Assembly: GCF_006345805.1 (NCBI RefSeq)
Contig: NC_043001.1
Coordinates: 33,046,001 to 33,110,000, forward strand
Reading direction: 5' to 3'
From: Octopus sinensis
Taxonomy: Eukaryota
DNA: 64,000 bases
How positions within the stretch are numbered: the stretch's first letter is position 1; the number at the start of each line of letters is the position of its first letter. The notes under the pieces were generated by a model. That model ran no database searches. It was not told the DNA's origin and saw only the letters and a list, made by a program, of their open reading frames with translations. Shown here piece by piece: positions 1-14,051 of the stretch. The position numbers and the translations under genes are program-made.

Positions 1-302
1 CATGTAGACGCATCATGGAAGATACTATGTGTGTGTGTGTGTACTGTATATGTTAATAGGATTTGTTGTGTAAGAGCAGAACAATGCGCGAAGGTACAAA
101 AAAAAAAAGTACAAATGGAAAATTAATCAAAACAAAACAAAGTTGCAGTTTTACCTTTTATTTATATTCCGGGTCTATATCAACTACTTCGGGATATTTG
201 AAAAGGCAAGGGTTGGAAAATAAAGTAGGTATGCAATAAAGTAGATATGGCACGCAGTATCAGTCCTGGATGCTCAAAATGTTCTGGTCCATTTCTCTTT
301 CT

Positions 303-830
303 TTTTACGGCCATACCTGGAATACTGCTGCCCATCCCACGTGGTCTCCCAGCATGAGACTAAACATTGCGAGAATAGAGCCAACTCAGAGTCAACTCAG
401 AAGGCAATTACTCAAAGAATAAAAGGCATGACTGATTTTGATTATTGGGACCGCGTTAAAACATTGAAACATTATTCTCTCCAATACCGCCGAAAGCGAT
501 ACATCATTCGCACAGTGTAGCGACTCTACCATCAGCACCCAAACAACCTTAACATCAAATTCATAATTCAGCAAAGCTTGAGGCCAAGTGCCGTACGCCC
601 CTAACTCAGTTCAGACTCACAACAGCAAAATACACTGCAACATAATTTCTTTTCCTCAACAGAACATGCATGCTGTATTTAACATTATCCCCCCAAAGAA
701 AGGAATGAAGAAAATGATACCATCACCTCCAAACAATACCTGAAAATTTTTTCAAAATATACCTGAAAAGCTACCCATACCTGGATATATCCAGTCAACA
801 ACGACGATGTACTTGAACGAGCCATATTAC
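303..830 (+). mobile_element. Decayed CR1/L2-clade LINE, 3' end of the RT ORF
   Basis: Across frameshifts it reads RPYLEYCC..WSP, DYWDR, LKHYSLQYRRKRYII, VFNIIP and KFFQNIPEKLPIPGY, in the order expected for the CR1 ORF2 C-terminus. Confidence 0.7.
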
Positions 831-873
831 ACACAAAAAAATTTTGACCTAAAAATTACGTAACAGATCCAGT

Positions 874-1200
874 CAGGTGGTGCCATTAAGTTAGACAATC
901 ACATGGGCCAATTTTTCAGCAAAACATATCTAAGTTTATTGAAGTTCAAGCTTGCTGCCCAACTACAAGATTATAGGTTCAGTCCCACTGGTGGCACCTT
1001 GGGCAAGTGATTTCTACTATAGCCAAGGGTCGACCAAATTTTTGATGTAATTTTCCTGCTCTTATTTTATAATATAAAATATAATCGCTCTTATTAAATG
1101 TCTAAATACCTTTAATATTTTAGACATTTCCCTACCAAGAGTACTTATTAGAAATTCAGCATAGTGTATTCCCATTGAATATATTTGAGTAACGATACAA

Positions 1201-1231
<31 letters not shown>

Positions 1232-1430
1232 AAATGTGTGTGTGTTTGTCTCCCACCACTGCTTGACAATTGGTGTTGCTGTGTTTACGTCTCCGTAACT
1301 TAGCGTTTAGGCATAAAATACCGATAGAATAATACCCAGCTTTAAAAAAAGTACAATTATCGATATTTGACTAAAAATTCTTCAACGCGGTGCCCCCAGC
1401 ATGGCCGCAGTATAACGACTGGTACGTGTG
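874..1430 (+). mobile_element. Degenerate, interrupted SINE family A copy
   Basis: Head remnant ggttcagtcccactggtggcaccttgggcaagtg and tail cgcttgacaa...ccagcatggccgcagt. Confidence 0.65.
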
Positions 1431-1461
1431 TGAGTGTATGTGTGTGGATGTGCGTGTGCGT

Positions 1462-1493
<32 letters not shown>

Positions 1494-2035
1494 AGGAAAG
1501 AGAGAAAGAGATATTTGTGTTTGCTTTGTGTTTCACCGTCACTGTTTCTGAATCACTGTGAATATCTGTACAGAAAGTCACATGATTTTAACCGATTGTG
1601 TTTACTTATTCTCTTGATGTTGCTGAGGAGACTTCAAGCATCACAACGAACAGGATTTTTATCCCTAGACTCAACTTTATCATAGCAACATCGGTTTTCA
1701 TGCTACAAGACAGCATCGAAATCTTCCTAGTTTTTTTTTTTTCTAACTGTACCATTTTCAAATAGAAATTAGAAAAAAAATCTGATAATGAAAGCTATGG
1801 CATAATACAGAATATCAGAAGCACATGAGACAGTGCAGCTTTAATCCACTTTAATCACTGGACTACGCTTACTCAAAGTTCGACATCCTCTCTAATTTCG
1901 TAAATAATGTGGCCATGTTGATTTGTCTTTCTTTCGTGGTACATCCATGAGCGGAGGAAGAGGTGGTAAGTGTATTTGGAGCTAGGCATCTGCTACTAGA
2001 AACAGCCCTGGCATAGCGGAGGTGGTAAAGTTACT

Positions 2036-2647
2036 TATTTCTTTATTGCACACAACGGGCTAAACATAGAGGAGGCAAACAAGGACAGACAAAGGGATTA
2101 AGTCGATTACATCAACCCCACTGCGTAACTTGTACTTAATTTATCGACCCCGAAAGGATGAAAGGCAAAGTTGACCTTGGCGGAATTTGAACTCACAACG
2201 TAACAGCAGACGAAATAAGGCTACGCATTTCGCCCGGCGTGCTAACGTGTCTTATTTCTTTACTCCCCACAAGGGGCTGCACACAGAGGGGACAAACAAG
2301 GACAGACAAAGGGATTAAGTCGATTACATCAACTCCAGTGCGTAACTGGTACTTAATTTATCGACCCCGAAAGGATGAAAGGCAAAGTTGACCTCGGCGA
2401 AATTTGAACTCAGAACGTGGCGCCAGGTGAAATACCTATTTCTTTACTACCCACAAGGGGCTAAACACAGAGGGAATTCAGTCGATTATATCGACCACAG
2501 AGGGTAACTGGTACTTATTTAATCGACCCCGAAAGGATGAAAGGCAAAGTCAGCTTCGGCGGAATTTGAACTCAGAACGTAACGGCAGACGGAAATACCG
2601 CTAAGCATTTCGCCCGGCGTGCTAACGTTTCTGCCAGCTCGCCGCCT
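2036..2647 (-). mobile_element. SINE family B trimer
   Basis: Three units of the gacagacaaagggattaagtcgat...cgaccccgaaaggatgaaaggcaaagt...tttgaactcagaacg body, with the head (gccagctcgccgcc) at the right end. Confidence 0.9.
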
Positions 2648-3399
2648 CGAGGTGTATAGTTACTGTCACGGCAATACCGTCGACCACGACGAAAAAAGCC
2701 AAACACACGATCAGAACTGAACTTAGGGTAAACAGTATTAAGGTCTAAACATCTATTTATGGTAACCTCTAAATCTGTTTCTATCTGAAAATTGATAACT
2801 TTTTATTACTAGTGCAGGGAGGTATGGTATTGATTGTTCCGTGGAATTTATTCCAAGGGCACCTGAACAAAACGAAACATTTTTGGAATTGGAGATAACA
2901 TACGGTTACAGTATGATTCAACTACTGACTATTCAGGAACTTTTAGACGCATTCATGCATGAAGTGTGTCAATTTTGGTACCTCAATTGAAAGAAATTTC
3001 GTGCGGTGGAAACGATGAAAATAAATTGATTAAAAGAAAGCGTATACATGTGTGAGTGAGTGTGTGTGTGTGTGTGCGCATGCGTGCATGCGTGAACGCC
3101 TATGATGTGAGTGAGTGAGTGAGTGAGTGAGCGGGCGTGTGATTGAGCGCGCGAGTGTGTGAAGGGGAGGGGGGAGAAAGAAACAAATAAACAAACAAGG
3201 AAATAAATAAGTAAGTAAAGAATGAATGAATGAATGAATAAATGAATGAATGAAAAACAGAATAATAAAGAAAGAAAGGTGATGCAGACATTGACAGAGA
3301 TTCAATCATATGTTTAGACAGTGTAAGTATGAATCAATGTTTCTCACAGACACTATACCTTGTAGATAGGCATACATACAGATAGACTGACAGACATAC

Positions 3400-3463
<64 letters not shown>

Positions 3464-3481
3464 TTTTTTAATCTCGCGTTT

Positions 3482-3932
<451 letters not shown>

Positions 3933-3943
3933 TCTGATAGATT

Positions 3944-4029
<86 letters not shown>

Positions 4030-4872
4030 AAGAAAGAAATATGTTAATAAAGGAGAAATGTCAGATATTGTACCCATCCTTGCTGAAACTTTTGAATGAC
4101 ATTTATAACTGTGTATAGTCGACATGAAACAAACGAGTTGTTTTGTTATTGTTGTCAACTCCCAGATCAAACCCGAGCGAGGAGTTCTATAACCAAAACC
4201 ATTACTTCCGTGAACACGCGAACTTGTTTTCTGGATATAGAACTAACTTATCTGATCTGCATTCACAGTTTAAAGACGTGATGTGACTGAGGGTAACTTT
4301 CAAGCTATCGTCTAACAAATTCCACAAACAACGAAGAGAATCTTGGTTGTATTTTCCTATGTGTGTATGTGTGTGTGCGTGATCGTGTTTCCGTGGCTGT
4401 AAAAATGTTAAAATGGCTGCCTAAACAGTTATAAAAAATTTCAATGACTTACGAACGAGAAAAACATGTCAACGACTTCTGCATATGAAACGCTATAAAG
4501 AACAAGGTGGTACGGAATAATTAGCCAGATTGTATTTTGGTGATGTATCGGAAAATAGATGTATATTTTAGAACGGATGAGATAAATTGAAGATTAATTA
4601 TTGCCTCTAGAAGTACAGCATTTAATACTTTACTGCTTTCAATTTTAATGGAAAAATTTACAATCTGCCAGCAATTTATTACACACGTATATGTGTATGA
4701 GGTGTGTATGTATGGGTGTATGTGTCTATATGGCTGTATGTATGGATATTTATATATATATATATTATATATATATATATATATGTTTGTGTGTTGTGTG
4801 TGTGTGTGTTGTGTGTGTGTGTGTATGTGTGTCTGTGTGTGTGTGTATATATATATATATATAGAGAGAGAG

Positions 4873-4904
<32 letters not shown>

Positions 4905-5142
4905 GCTTACATACATACCTACATCAAAAGTTAGACAGGTAGAAAGATGTGTGCACGTATACATACATATATAGACATTTAGACATATACAGGTAAATAT
5001 ACTAATATAACGTGCTATGGTAACGAAGGCGGGAACTTATGATTGTAAAGAGAACTTCATAAACATACTTACACACACACACTTTCACATTCACATTTAT
5101 GTAGTATGTATATGTGTCGGTGTACATATAAGTATATATTTA

Positions 5143-5200
<58 letters not shown>

Positions 5201-5204
<4 letters not shown>

Positions 5205-5267
5205 TGGTGCTATTAAGTTAGACATGGCCTGGACCAATCATTGGTCGAAACATATCTAAGTTATCTA

Positions 5268-5302
<35 letters not shown>

Positions 5303-5372
5303 CTTAGATAAACTTAGATATGTTTCGACCAATGATTGGTCCAGGCCATGTCTAACTTAATAGCACCACCTA
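5201..5372. repeat. Inverted repeat with ~71-bp arms around a (TA)n spacer
   Basis: 5201-5271 (taggtggtgctattaagttagac...) is the reverse complement of 5301-5372 apart from one indel. Confidence 0.95.
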
Positions 5373-5473
5373 TAATAACAAAGGGTAAAATAAATTAATT
5401 AAAAAGTAATCAGTAATTTCACCAAGTAGAATTCGGCATGAAAGACCATTTCATGGTAAACTTAAGTAATACT

Positions 5474-5729
5474 TTATAATTAGGGTTCAGCAAAGATTTG
5501 CTTCACCACATATCGAAGTTTAGAAATAGCAGTCAAAAAATCTTAGCTATTCCTTCTACTTTAAAAGGGACTCCCAGAAAAATCAAAATACTTGAAAACA
5601 AGTGTTTTCAAGTATTTTGATTTTTCTGGGAGTCTCTTTTAAAGTAGAAGGAATAGCTAAATATTTTTGACTACTATTTCTAAACTTCGATATGTGGTGA
5701 AGCAAATCTTTGCTGAACCCAAATTATAA
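5474..5729. repeat. Near-perfect 256-bp palindrome (127-bp arms, 2-nt loop)
   Basis: Centre gaaaaca-AG-tgttttc at 5594-5609; about 6 mismatches between arms and no net indel. Confidence 0.95.
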
Positions 5730-6144
5730 TATATATATATATATATATATACAATCTGCCAGTGGGACCGGACCTGGAACCATGTAGATGAGAAGCAAGT
5801 TTCTTACTGCACACACACAACACACACACACACACGTGTGCGCGTATTGTACGCATGTATGTGTGTACAATGATAATATAACCAAAGGATGGAGGATAAC
5901 AGGCTATGTTTTCTATGTGAATATGTATGCATATATGAATGTTTGCGTCTGTATGTGTGTATGTATATGTGTGTGTGTGTGTGTGTGTATGTGTGTGTGT
6001 GTGTGTGTGTTTGATTTCTGCCGTTGACCTTTCCCGTCAAACTTGAACAGCCAAGTGTAGAATTCAGAATAGTATATCAAACTGGTACTCCGTCGGCTAC
6101 GAGGTTGGCCCCCTTAAATTACAGATACAACATATTTTTGCTAG

Positions 6145-6256
6145 CAACGAGAAATAAAGTGTCTTGCCCAAATACATAACGCACCGCCAGTTTTCGAACT
6201 CACGACGTTACGATCGTAAGCCGAATACCCCTAACCACTAAGCTACGCGCATTCAC
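6145..6256 (-). mobile_element. SINE family D head fragment (tRNA-like head plus gcaagacacttta domain)
   Basis: aaataaagtgtcttgccc...ttcgaactcacg...taaccactaagctacgcgcattcac; homologous to copies at 34060, 39500 and 63960. Confidence 0.65.
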
Positions 6257-8431
6257 TCATACTCCATCAACTTTTGATACAAAGTTGTATCTGTTCAGAC
6301 TGCCCAACGTATAGAGTCATTTATCAAATATGGTTTACAGTCTTTCACACTGCATGTATGTTACTCTTTACAAGTCTTACATAACAATACGTATATGTAG
6401 ATCTATAGACTCTGTACACATTTAGATTTAATCAGTGGAGACATTGATCGTTTAGGTTAGCATATGATCATACCTTTACAGCCTCATGAGATGGTGTTGT
6501 GTGATGAACATGCTTTTATTAGGGGCATTAGTCACTTACGTAATATGACAAGTTTCAAATTATTGAAATCAGCCCGCTGATTATTATGCTCATGAAAGCT
6601 TACACCATCGTCTATATCAATATCGCTTAAATATACATGCACATCTTAGATATATTACTTACTGAAACATTTTCTAAGAATCTAAAACTAATTATGGATT
6701 TGTCAATAGCTATACTTGTTTCAATATATATCTTAATACATATGTAAGGAATTGATGCCTGTACTAATTATAAAGGGTACTATAAAAACATGTAACAACT
6801 AAGGCAACTTTGACACAAATCAGCCTCAATTTCTTCATCGGCAACATATGATTCACTAGTTCATCGTTGAACAGAATATGAATGGCAGCAAAAATGGTAA
6901 TAATTGTAAAGAAAGCTGCATTAAGACCTTCTGAAAAGGAATATACTGTATATTCCTAAAAAGCTTCCTACACAGCATTGGTGACTAGCAAAACCTCTCA
7001 TCAGAGATAAAGTCATATAGCTAGTTAATACTGCCAACTTAATTTATGTTAGCTTCCCTACAAAGTTGCAGTACATGAAAGATTTAACGCCATCCAAGGA
7101 CACAGATAGTACCAGTGATCGGGTAGCACAGACACATTGCGCTGGTGGACTAGCATTATAAACACTCGGCCGACTATGAATCATTTGAGACAGTATTGTT
7201 ATATATACGACAGGAAGTTATCCATTAGACTTGATTTTATACAATTTTATTCTGTTAAAACAGGATGGATTTTATTGGACGTGTTTGCTCGTACTTCTAG
7301 AAATAGCAATCAAACCTTCCTCATGCCACACCCCGACTGGCTTTAAAAAAAGATAGAAAAATGCATTACCTAATGTTTCTCTAGAGACTGTCTAGACAGT
7401 ATAACCTCAACATGAATGCTTTTGATCACATTATTACTTAATCAAGCTGACCTGGGGTTAAACAACAACAACAACAAAAGCAACAACAACAACAACATTT
7501 GCGTCTTAGTCTATTTAAAAATTCACACTTCTCTCCGTTTTCATATGTACTATTCAATGAATAAACACGGCTTAATTCCGCCGAGTTTCCTGTTTCTCCT
7601 ATTTCCTTCAGTAAATTTAAGTTTCAATACAGAAGTTAATTGTTACATTGTAGAGAAAATTGATTTTAACAAAGAGATGTCTGGCGCAAGACCACACATT
7701 TTGGAGTACTTGATTGATATTTGTTTTACTGACTGTAGAAGGATGAAGTTGATCATATATATATATATAGAGAGAGAGTAAATTATATTGACAAGGCTGT
7801 ACGTCTGTGCCAAATGTCTTCCAAAAACGAATTTCACGCAGGCGCACAGATACACGCTTAACGTTCTATAATTTAAAATATCAGTAATTATATACCTGTT
7901 TAATTGCATACTTATTTGTTTATATCCAAACAATAAACTCTGGTTCGATTCTTATCATTTACAAGCTATAATTGAGTTCCATTATGGTAAATGTAACAAT
8001 GAATGATCATCTCATTTTCCTTAAGTAAGTTGTATATTTACGCAGAAGTAAATGATATTTTCAAATATTGTCAATAACAATACTATGAAGCATTGTGACA
8101 AGCAATCCCTAATTTTACGAGTGTCGGATAAATAAGTCCTGTGACTCTTACACCGACTTTATAGGAATTCCCATCAAGGGATCAAATAAATACATGTTTA
8201 GTATTTGTTGAGAAACTAAAGCTTGTTTTATGCCAACTCATATAGTGGGGAGTTATCTTTCTATTAATTTCTATTCATCCATGAATTAAAATGTGGAAAA
8301 GGACTCTAATGTCTAGCAAATTGTATGTGCGTGTGTGTGTGAGATAGAGAGCGTGTGTGTGTGTGTGTGTGTGCGTGCGCGTGTGCGTGCATATACATGC
8401 ATGCATACATACACATATGTTTGTATTTATT

Positions 8432-8463
<32 letters not shown>

Positions 8464-8488
8464 CATATATGTATAAATATATACGTAC

Positions 8489-8522
<34 letters not shown>

Positions 8523-9262
8523 GCGTTAAAACAACTCAAAAGCCACAGAAGCACAGTCACAATGACTGACTAAGGGAGGTAAGTCCCTAGCGTACATAGT
8601 TGGATTGCGATTTCGGATTTTGATGTAGACCATCTTAATCCTCATCAGCGACTCTTAACGCCTTTAGTTTAAGTTAGCTTCCTCTGTCAGTCTTATAAGA
8701 AAAACTGTTGAAAACGAATGCTGATTTTCAAAACGGTAAAAATGTAAACAAGGCTGTTGAGTTTAACCGTAGGTGTTGTATAATTGAAAATCAAGAGGAA
8801 AGTGGAGATTTATACACATCCAAAACATATTTATCAAAACGTTTTTCAACAGCATATATAACAATGACTAACATATGTTTCTACTGCTGCAACTGCACAT
8901 TGCTCTGTATGCAATTATGCATCCTAGTCGCTGCAATTTCATCAAGTGTCCATCACTTACGACAATTCAAGCAAGCTCCCTCGTTGATATCCAGTTGAAG
9001 GTGATAGCGTTATTTTCTTAACTCAAATTGAATTCTGATCTTATAATCACCTCTACTGGTATTCCAGTTGAATGATGGTTTTAAAATGTTTATATATGTT
9101 ACAATTAACTATAGCTGTTTTGTTTACGTTTTACTGTATGGAGTACATTATTCATCCAGAGGTATTTTACCTATGTGTGTATATACATATATATATATAT
9201 ATGTGCGTGTGTGTGTGTGTATGCATATTTGTATACGCGTGTGTGTGTGTGTATGTGTGTGT

Positions 9263-9316
<54 letters not shown>

Positions 9317-9412
9317 GCTTTCCTCTGCAAACTGTGACAGCCGAATAAATTACTTTTAAAATCTTTGTCCTAGTGACTGATTCAGGATACAAACCGTTAT
9401 CGAAACAGTTTG

Positions 9413-9445
<33 letters not shown>

Positions 9446-10475
9446 TCATTCAACCTGCTAGAAAAAAAACAACCTTATCTCCATCAAATGTCATCCTATT
9501 TCTTTGGCAAGAGGATGCCTTCTAAAAATGGATGGCTGTCTTTCGTTGTCTTTGGTGATAGACTTGTACCGGAAGTTTGACATCACCACGACAAAAACAT
9601 CAACCGACTTTCAAAGAAATTCCTCTAGCACATTTTGAGTTATAAACTTATGTGATAAAAGTTAAGACCGATATTGGATAGGACCCCCGATTGGAAAGAC
9701 CAGAAACATCGATGGTATTTCTTACTTATTTGGTTACCTCTCTGCATAAATCTATATTGTAAGAAAATTTACCAACCAGTAACAATAATAGCAGCCTACA
9801 TGATATAGCTGTAAAATAAGTGCAGTACTATTGATTTTAAAAAATCAACAATGTCCAACAAATACACTTGTAAAACCAACTGTATCCATATGAATACTGC
9901 AATTATATACCAACTAGTAATCGTTTAATAAACCAGCAAATACCCATGTGTTAGATTCTATGTGATTAATTTTTTCACATCATAGATCAAGAACGTATAA
10001 TTTACAAGCAATCACATATATAATTCTGCTTTGATAAGTATAAGTTTAACTTTGAGGCAATAACTGTGAAATATTTCGGCATTAATCCAGATATCGATGT
10101 AAAAAAAATTAAAGATAAATTTTACAGTCAATATTAGTGATATGAGAGAGTCGAAGCTGATTGAAAAAGTCCTGACTCGATTCAAGAATTGTAGTAAGTC
10201 TACAAAACTCGATGCCTTGCAGACAAACACTTAAAATGGTCCGACTGACTTCTCTGGTGAAGCAGGTATCATGAAGTTCAAGCCAGCAAGGAAGCTTTAA
10301 TGTGGCCACTCGATCTGTTAACAATAACAGCCAAATCATTTGTTTACTACATATTATGATGTTAAAATAGAATGGTGTATAAGATAAAGTAGTCTTACAT
10401 ATACTGTATCTTAACGAAACATTGGATTCCAAAGCCGGAGTGAGTTTGTCAATAGGTCAGCTGGAACAGTATTAA

Positions 10476-10700
10476 TCTAGTCTCTTATATAAAATCCGTT
10501 CTGTCTGTCTGTGTGTGTCTTCTAGGATCTCGGGCATCCTCCATCCGGTTGCACTCAAATTTGATACGTAGATGCAGACGGTATCAGGGCGTGTATAAGT
10601 CTTGAAAAAATTACAAAAATCCAGGTGAGAATGCGATCAATAAAGCCATTTTTGTCCTGCTTTTCTTCCGTCCACCTGTACATAACTGCACCTTCCATTT
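10476..10700 (+). mobile_element. Possible 5' part of a non-autonomous Helitron-like element
   Basis: Starts A|TC...tcttatataaaa followed by ctgtctgtctgtgtgtg, like the 56604 element. No 3' CTAG terminus found. Confidence 0.35.
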
Positions 10701-12159
10701 TTTGTTGTTTTTGTACTGCTTAAAGGCATGTTTCTTTCCTGCCAAGCTTACTGTTTAAACCATGTTTGTGCTCTCCCAGTCAACAGCCTTATCATTACTG
10801 GTACTTTAAACTCTACGATTGCATATTTGTGTGAACAAAATCGTTTTTCTTTGGAAAAATAAAAAAGTTTATCTTTATTTCTTCTCTTGCTGGTGTCTCA
10901 AATTTAGGTTAACTCAGTGTTTCTCAAAGGGAAGGCCTATGGGACCGTCGGACAAGATGTTTTGAGAAAATTTGTTTTAAATGTTTGACAACTCAGCGGG
11001 GGGTGTTTTGCTTGTGATAAATAACAATATACTAAGAGTTACTTTTATTTACAGCTCCAGACCGACAATTTGGAAATATAGTAGTTTTGTTCGTACGAAC
11101 AGTTGAACTAAATTTTTTCTTAGCTTATAGCTTCGTAAAATACGGCTACTGTTAGAATGAACTGCCCTAAATTCGCTATAAGAAATAGAAGTTTTGCTAG
11201 CTATTCTAAAGAATTATTAACTGGCAATTCATAGGCAAATAAATATACATATGTTTCACCTGCAATTAGTTGGAAAATATAACAATAAATACAAAGTGTA
11301 TTCATCAAATCAGGCGGTTATTCAGAACCACTAATCAGTTTATCAACTCCGGTCTCTACGTTGAATGCTTCCTCTATGGAGCTGTCAGTAAATTGGCATG
11401 ATGTTGTCACCATTACTCGAATCAGACAGGCAATGATTTATTTCCTATCACTCATCAATCGCAACTCATCCAGTGTCCTGCGATATTTAGCGGCATAACT
11501 GACACTCCCACGTACACAGTGGTGTTCAATATATTTTGGAGCATATCAATGTGTAAGGACACACGTACACACACATATTGTGTTTGTGTATGCGTGTGTG
11601 TGTGTGTGTGTGCGTGTGTGTGTGTACAGAGAAAGATAGAGAGAGAGAGAGAAAGGCAGAGAGACGGAATGGCTCGTATTTGGATCCTTCGGGACGAGGT
11701 TTTCTGTAACACCTTCCCATATATTTATTTATCAAAATGCACACATATACACTACAGTATCTTACGCACGTACAAAGAATTGCCACTCTCTCCTACATAG
11801 TCATATATACCTTTACCTTTTACGAACATCTACACACACACAACTACACCCACAACGCATACATTAAAACTAAAAGAAACACACACACACACATACATAT
11901 ACGCATAGGCATTCACACATACTCACACGCATACAAACGCAGCACCAAATTCATTTTATTAACTCGTACATACACACCGCAAACACTCATACATACATAC
12001 ATACATACATACATACATACATACATACATACATACATACATACATACATACATACTAACATACATACATACATATATACATACTAACATACATAAATAC
12101 ATACATACATACAATCACAGACACAATCTGCTGTCATGGTTATTTAACTGCCGATCTTA

Positions 12160-12400
12160 TATGCTTGGAACCGTTTTCATTTTCAACACACTTGCAGTTA
12201 TTTCCATCAGAATTTCATGTAAAAAATACAAATTTCACCTAGTTCTCAATGTTTTCTTTCTGTCTTACGCTTCCAGATTTTTTGAAGAACAGATTACACT
12301 CGAAACGTCAAAGACATATCCGTCATTGTCAACAGGGTTTCGTGACGTTGTCTTTAACTTTAGCGTCACTTTAACGCCCATCACTCTTGCTATCTCTCCT
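12160..12400 (+). mobile_element. Short Penelope-terminus-like element with a degenerate hammerhead motif (12278-12313)
   Basis: tttt-TTGAAGA-A-cag-attaca-ctc-GAAAC-GTC-aaag; lies between (CATA)n and (CTAT)n. Confidence 0.45.
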
Positions 12401-12441
12401 TCCTTCTCTATCCATCTACCTATTTATCTATCTATTTCTCA

Positions 12442-12491
<50 letters not shown>

Positions 12492-12501
<10 letters not shown>

Positions 12502-12678
12502 ATTTCGTCCGCCGCTGCGTTCTGAGTTCAAATTCCGCCGAGGTTGACTTTGCCTTTCATCCTTTCGGGGTCGATAAATTAAGTACCAGTTACACACTGG
12601 GGTCGTTGTCATCGACTTAATTCGTTTGTCTGTCTTTGTTTGTCCCCTCTAAGTTTAGGCCCTTGTGGGTAATAAGAA

Positions 12679-12680
<2 letters not shown>
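12492..12680 (+). mobile_element. SINE family B, 5'-truncated monomer
   Basis: tatttcgtcc...gagttcaaattccgccgagg...cccttgtgggtaataagaaa. Confidence 0.9.
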
Positions 12681-12750
<70 letters not shown>

Positions 12751-13029
12751 TGTGTGTGTGTGTGTTTGGATGAGGGTGCAAGGCTTAGTGGTTAACGTGT
12801 TGCACTCACGATCTCGCGATTGTCATTTCAATTCCTAGACCGTTGTTCTACAATCACTTCGACACCTGACACTTTTGTACACAGTTAACCTGTTCAGACA
12901 ACATCGATTTGATAGAGAGAGAGAGAGCGATCTAACGTGCGGCAAGAACATTCATCACTATAAACAAGTCATTTGTGCAGGTCGCAAAAGGTGAACGCTC
13001 ATACGTCATCATGGACGGGATAGTCGACC

Positions 13030-13072
<43 letters not shown>

Positions 13073-13840
13073 AATTACATATGTTCGTATATGCTTACAA
13101 AGACACACACACACATGTGTATACGTGTTTGTTTATATAACATACAACTATATACCTCAGTTTATGTCAATAGGTATTTAATTCGATTATTCCTTAGCAA
13201 TGTTCTGTCTCAAAATGGCGCTCTTTCATTCAGATATAACTGCGTATGCGACTTGCTGTGTGGTATCCTTTGATATAGTTTGTAGCGTTGTCACGGCGTG
13301 CGAAGAAAATGTGTTCGCTCCCATAATTATTCCATTGAATTAGAATAAGAAAAAGCTGAGTTGAAATCAAAGAACAAAAGAAAATTATTTTCTTCTTATC
13401 AAAGATGAAGTCTATGAAGCGAACCAACGGACAGGAAACTCAATTCAATTCGTTGAAATTTCTTTGTGATTAGGGTCTTGTATGACATGTCGTAACAGGT
13501 AAAAAGATTGTTGTTGTTCTATAAAGAAAGAGTTAGGAGTGTGTATTTGTTCAGTGTGTGTTGGTTTTTACGTTTTTGGTTTCATGTTTGCTTGTGAGCA
13601 CGAAGGTTTTCCATTGAAGTTCTGTTGTACTATCAATATACAGATATGCCCAGTCGTATGTGAATAGATATAGGCATGTACGTATGTGTGTATGTATGTA
13701 TGTATGTATGTATGTATGTATGTATGTATGTATGTATTATTTATGTATGTATGTATTTATGTATGTATGCATGTATGTATGAATGTAAGTATGTATACGT
13801 GTATGCATGTATCTCTCTCTCACTAAATATATTTATCGTC

Positions 13841-14020
13841 GGCGCAGTCGTGGATGTGTGGTAAGAAGCTTGCTTCCTGACCACATGGTTTCAAGTTCAG
13901 TCACACTGCGTGGCACCTTGGGCAAGTGTCTTCTAATATAGCCACGGCTAACCAAAGCCTGGTAAGTGGATTTGGTGGGCAAAACCTGAAAGAAGTTTGT
14001 CGTGTGTGTGTTTATGCATA

Positions 14021-14051
<31 letters not shown>

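Noticed and set aside
8705-8853. Possible MITE with ctgttgaaaacg / cgtttttcaacag ends; ORF 8708-8998
   Set aside because: Only ~12 bp of imperfect inverted repeat, no convincing TSD, no second copy, and no recognisable protein.
13240-13640. Coding-like minus-strand stretch
   Set aside because: Multiple stops and no motif I can recognise; possibly old TE sequence but unsupported.
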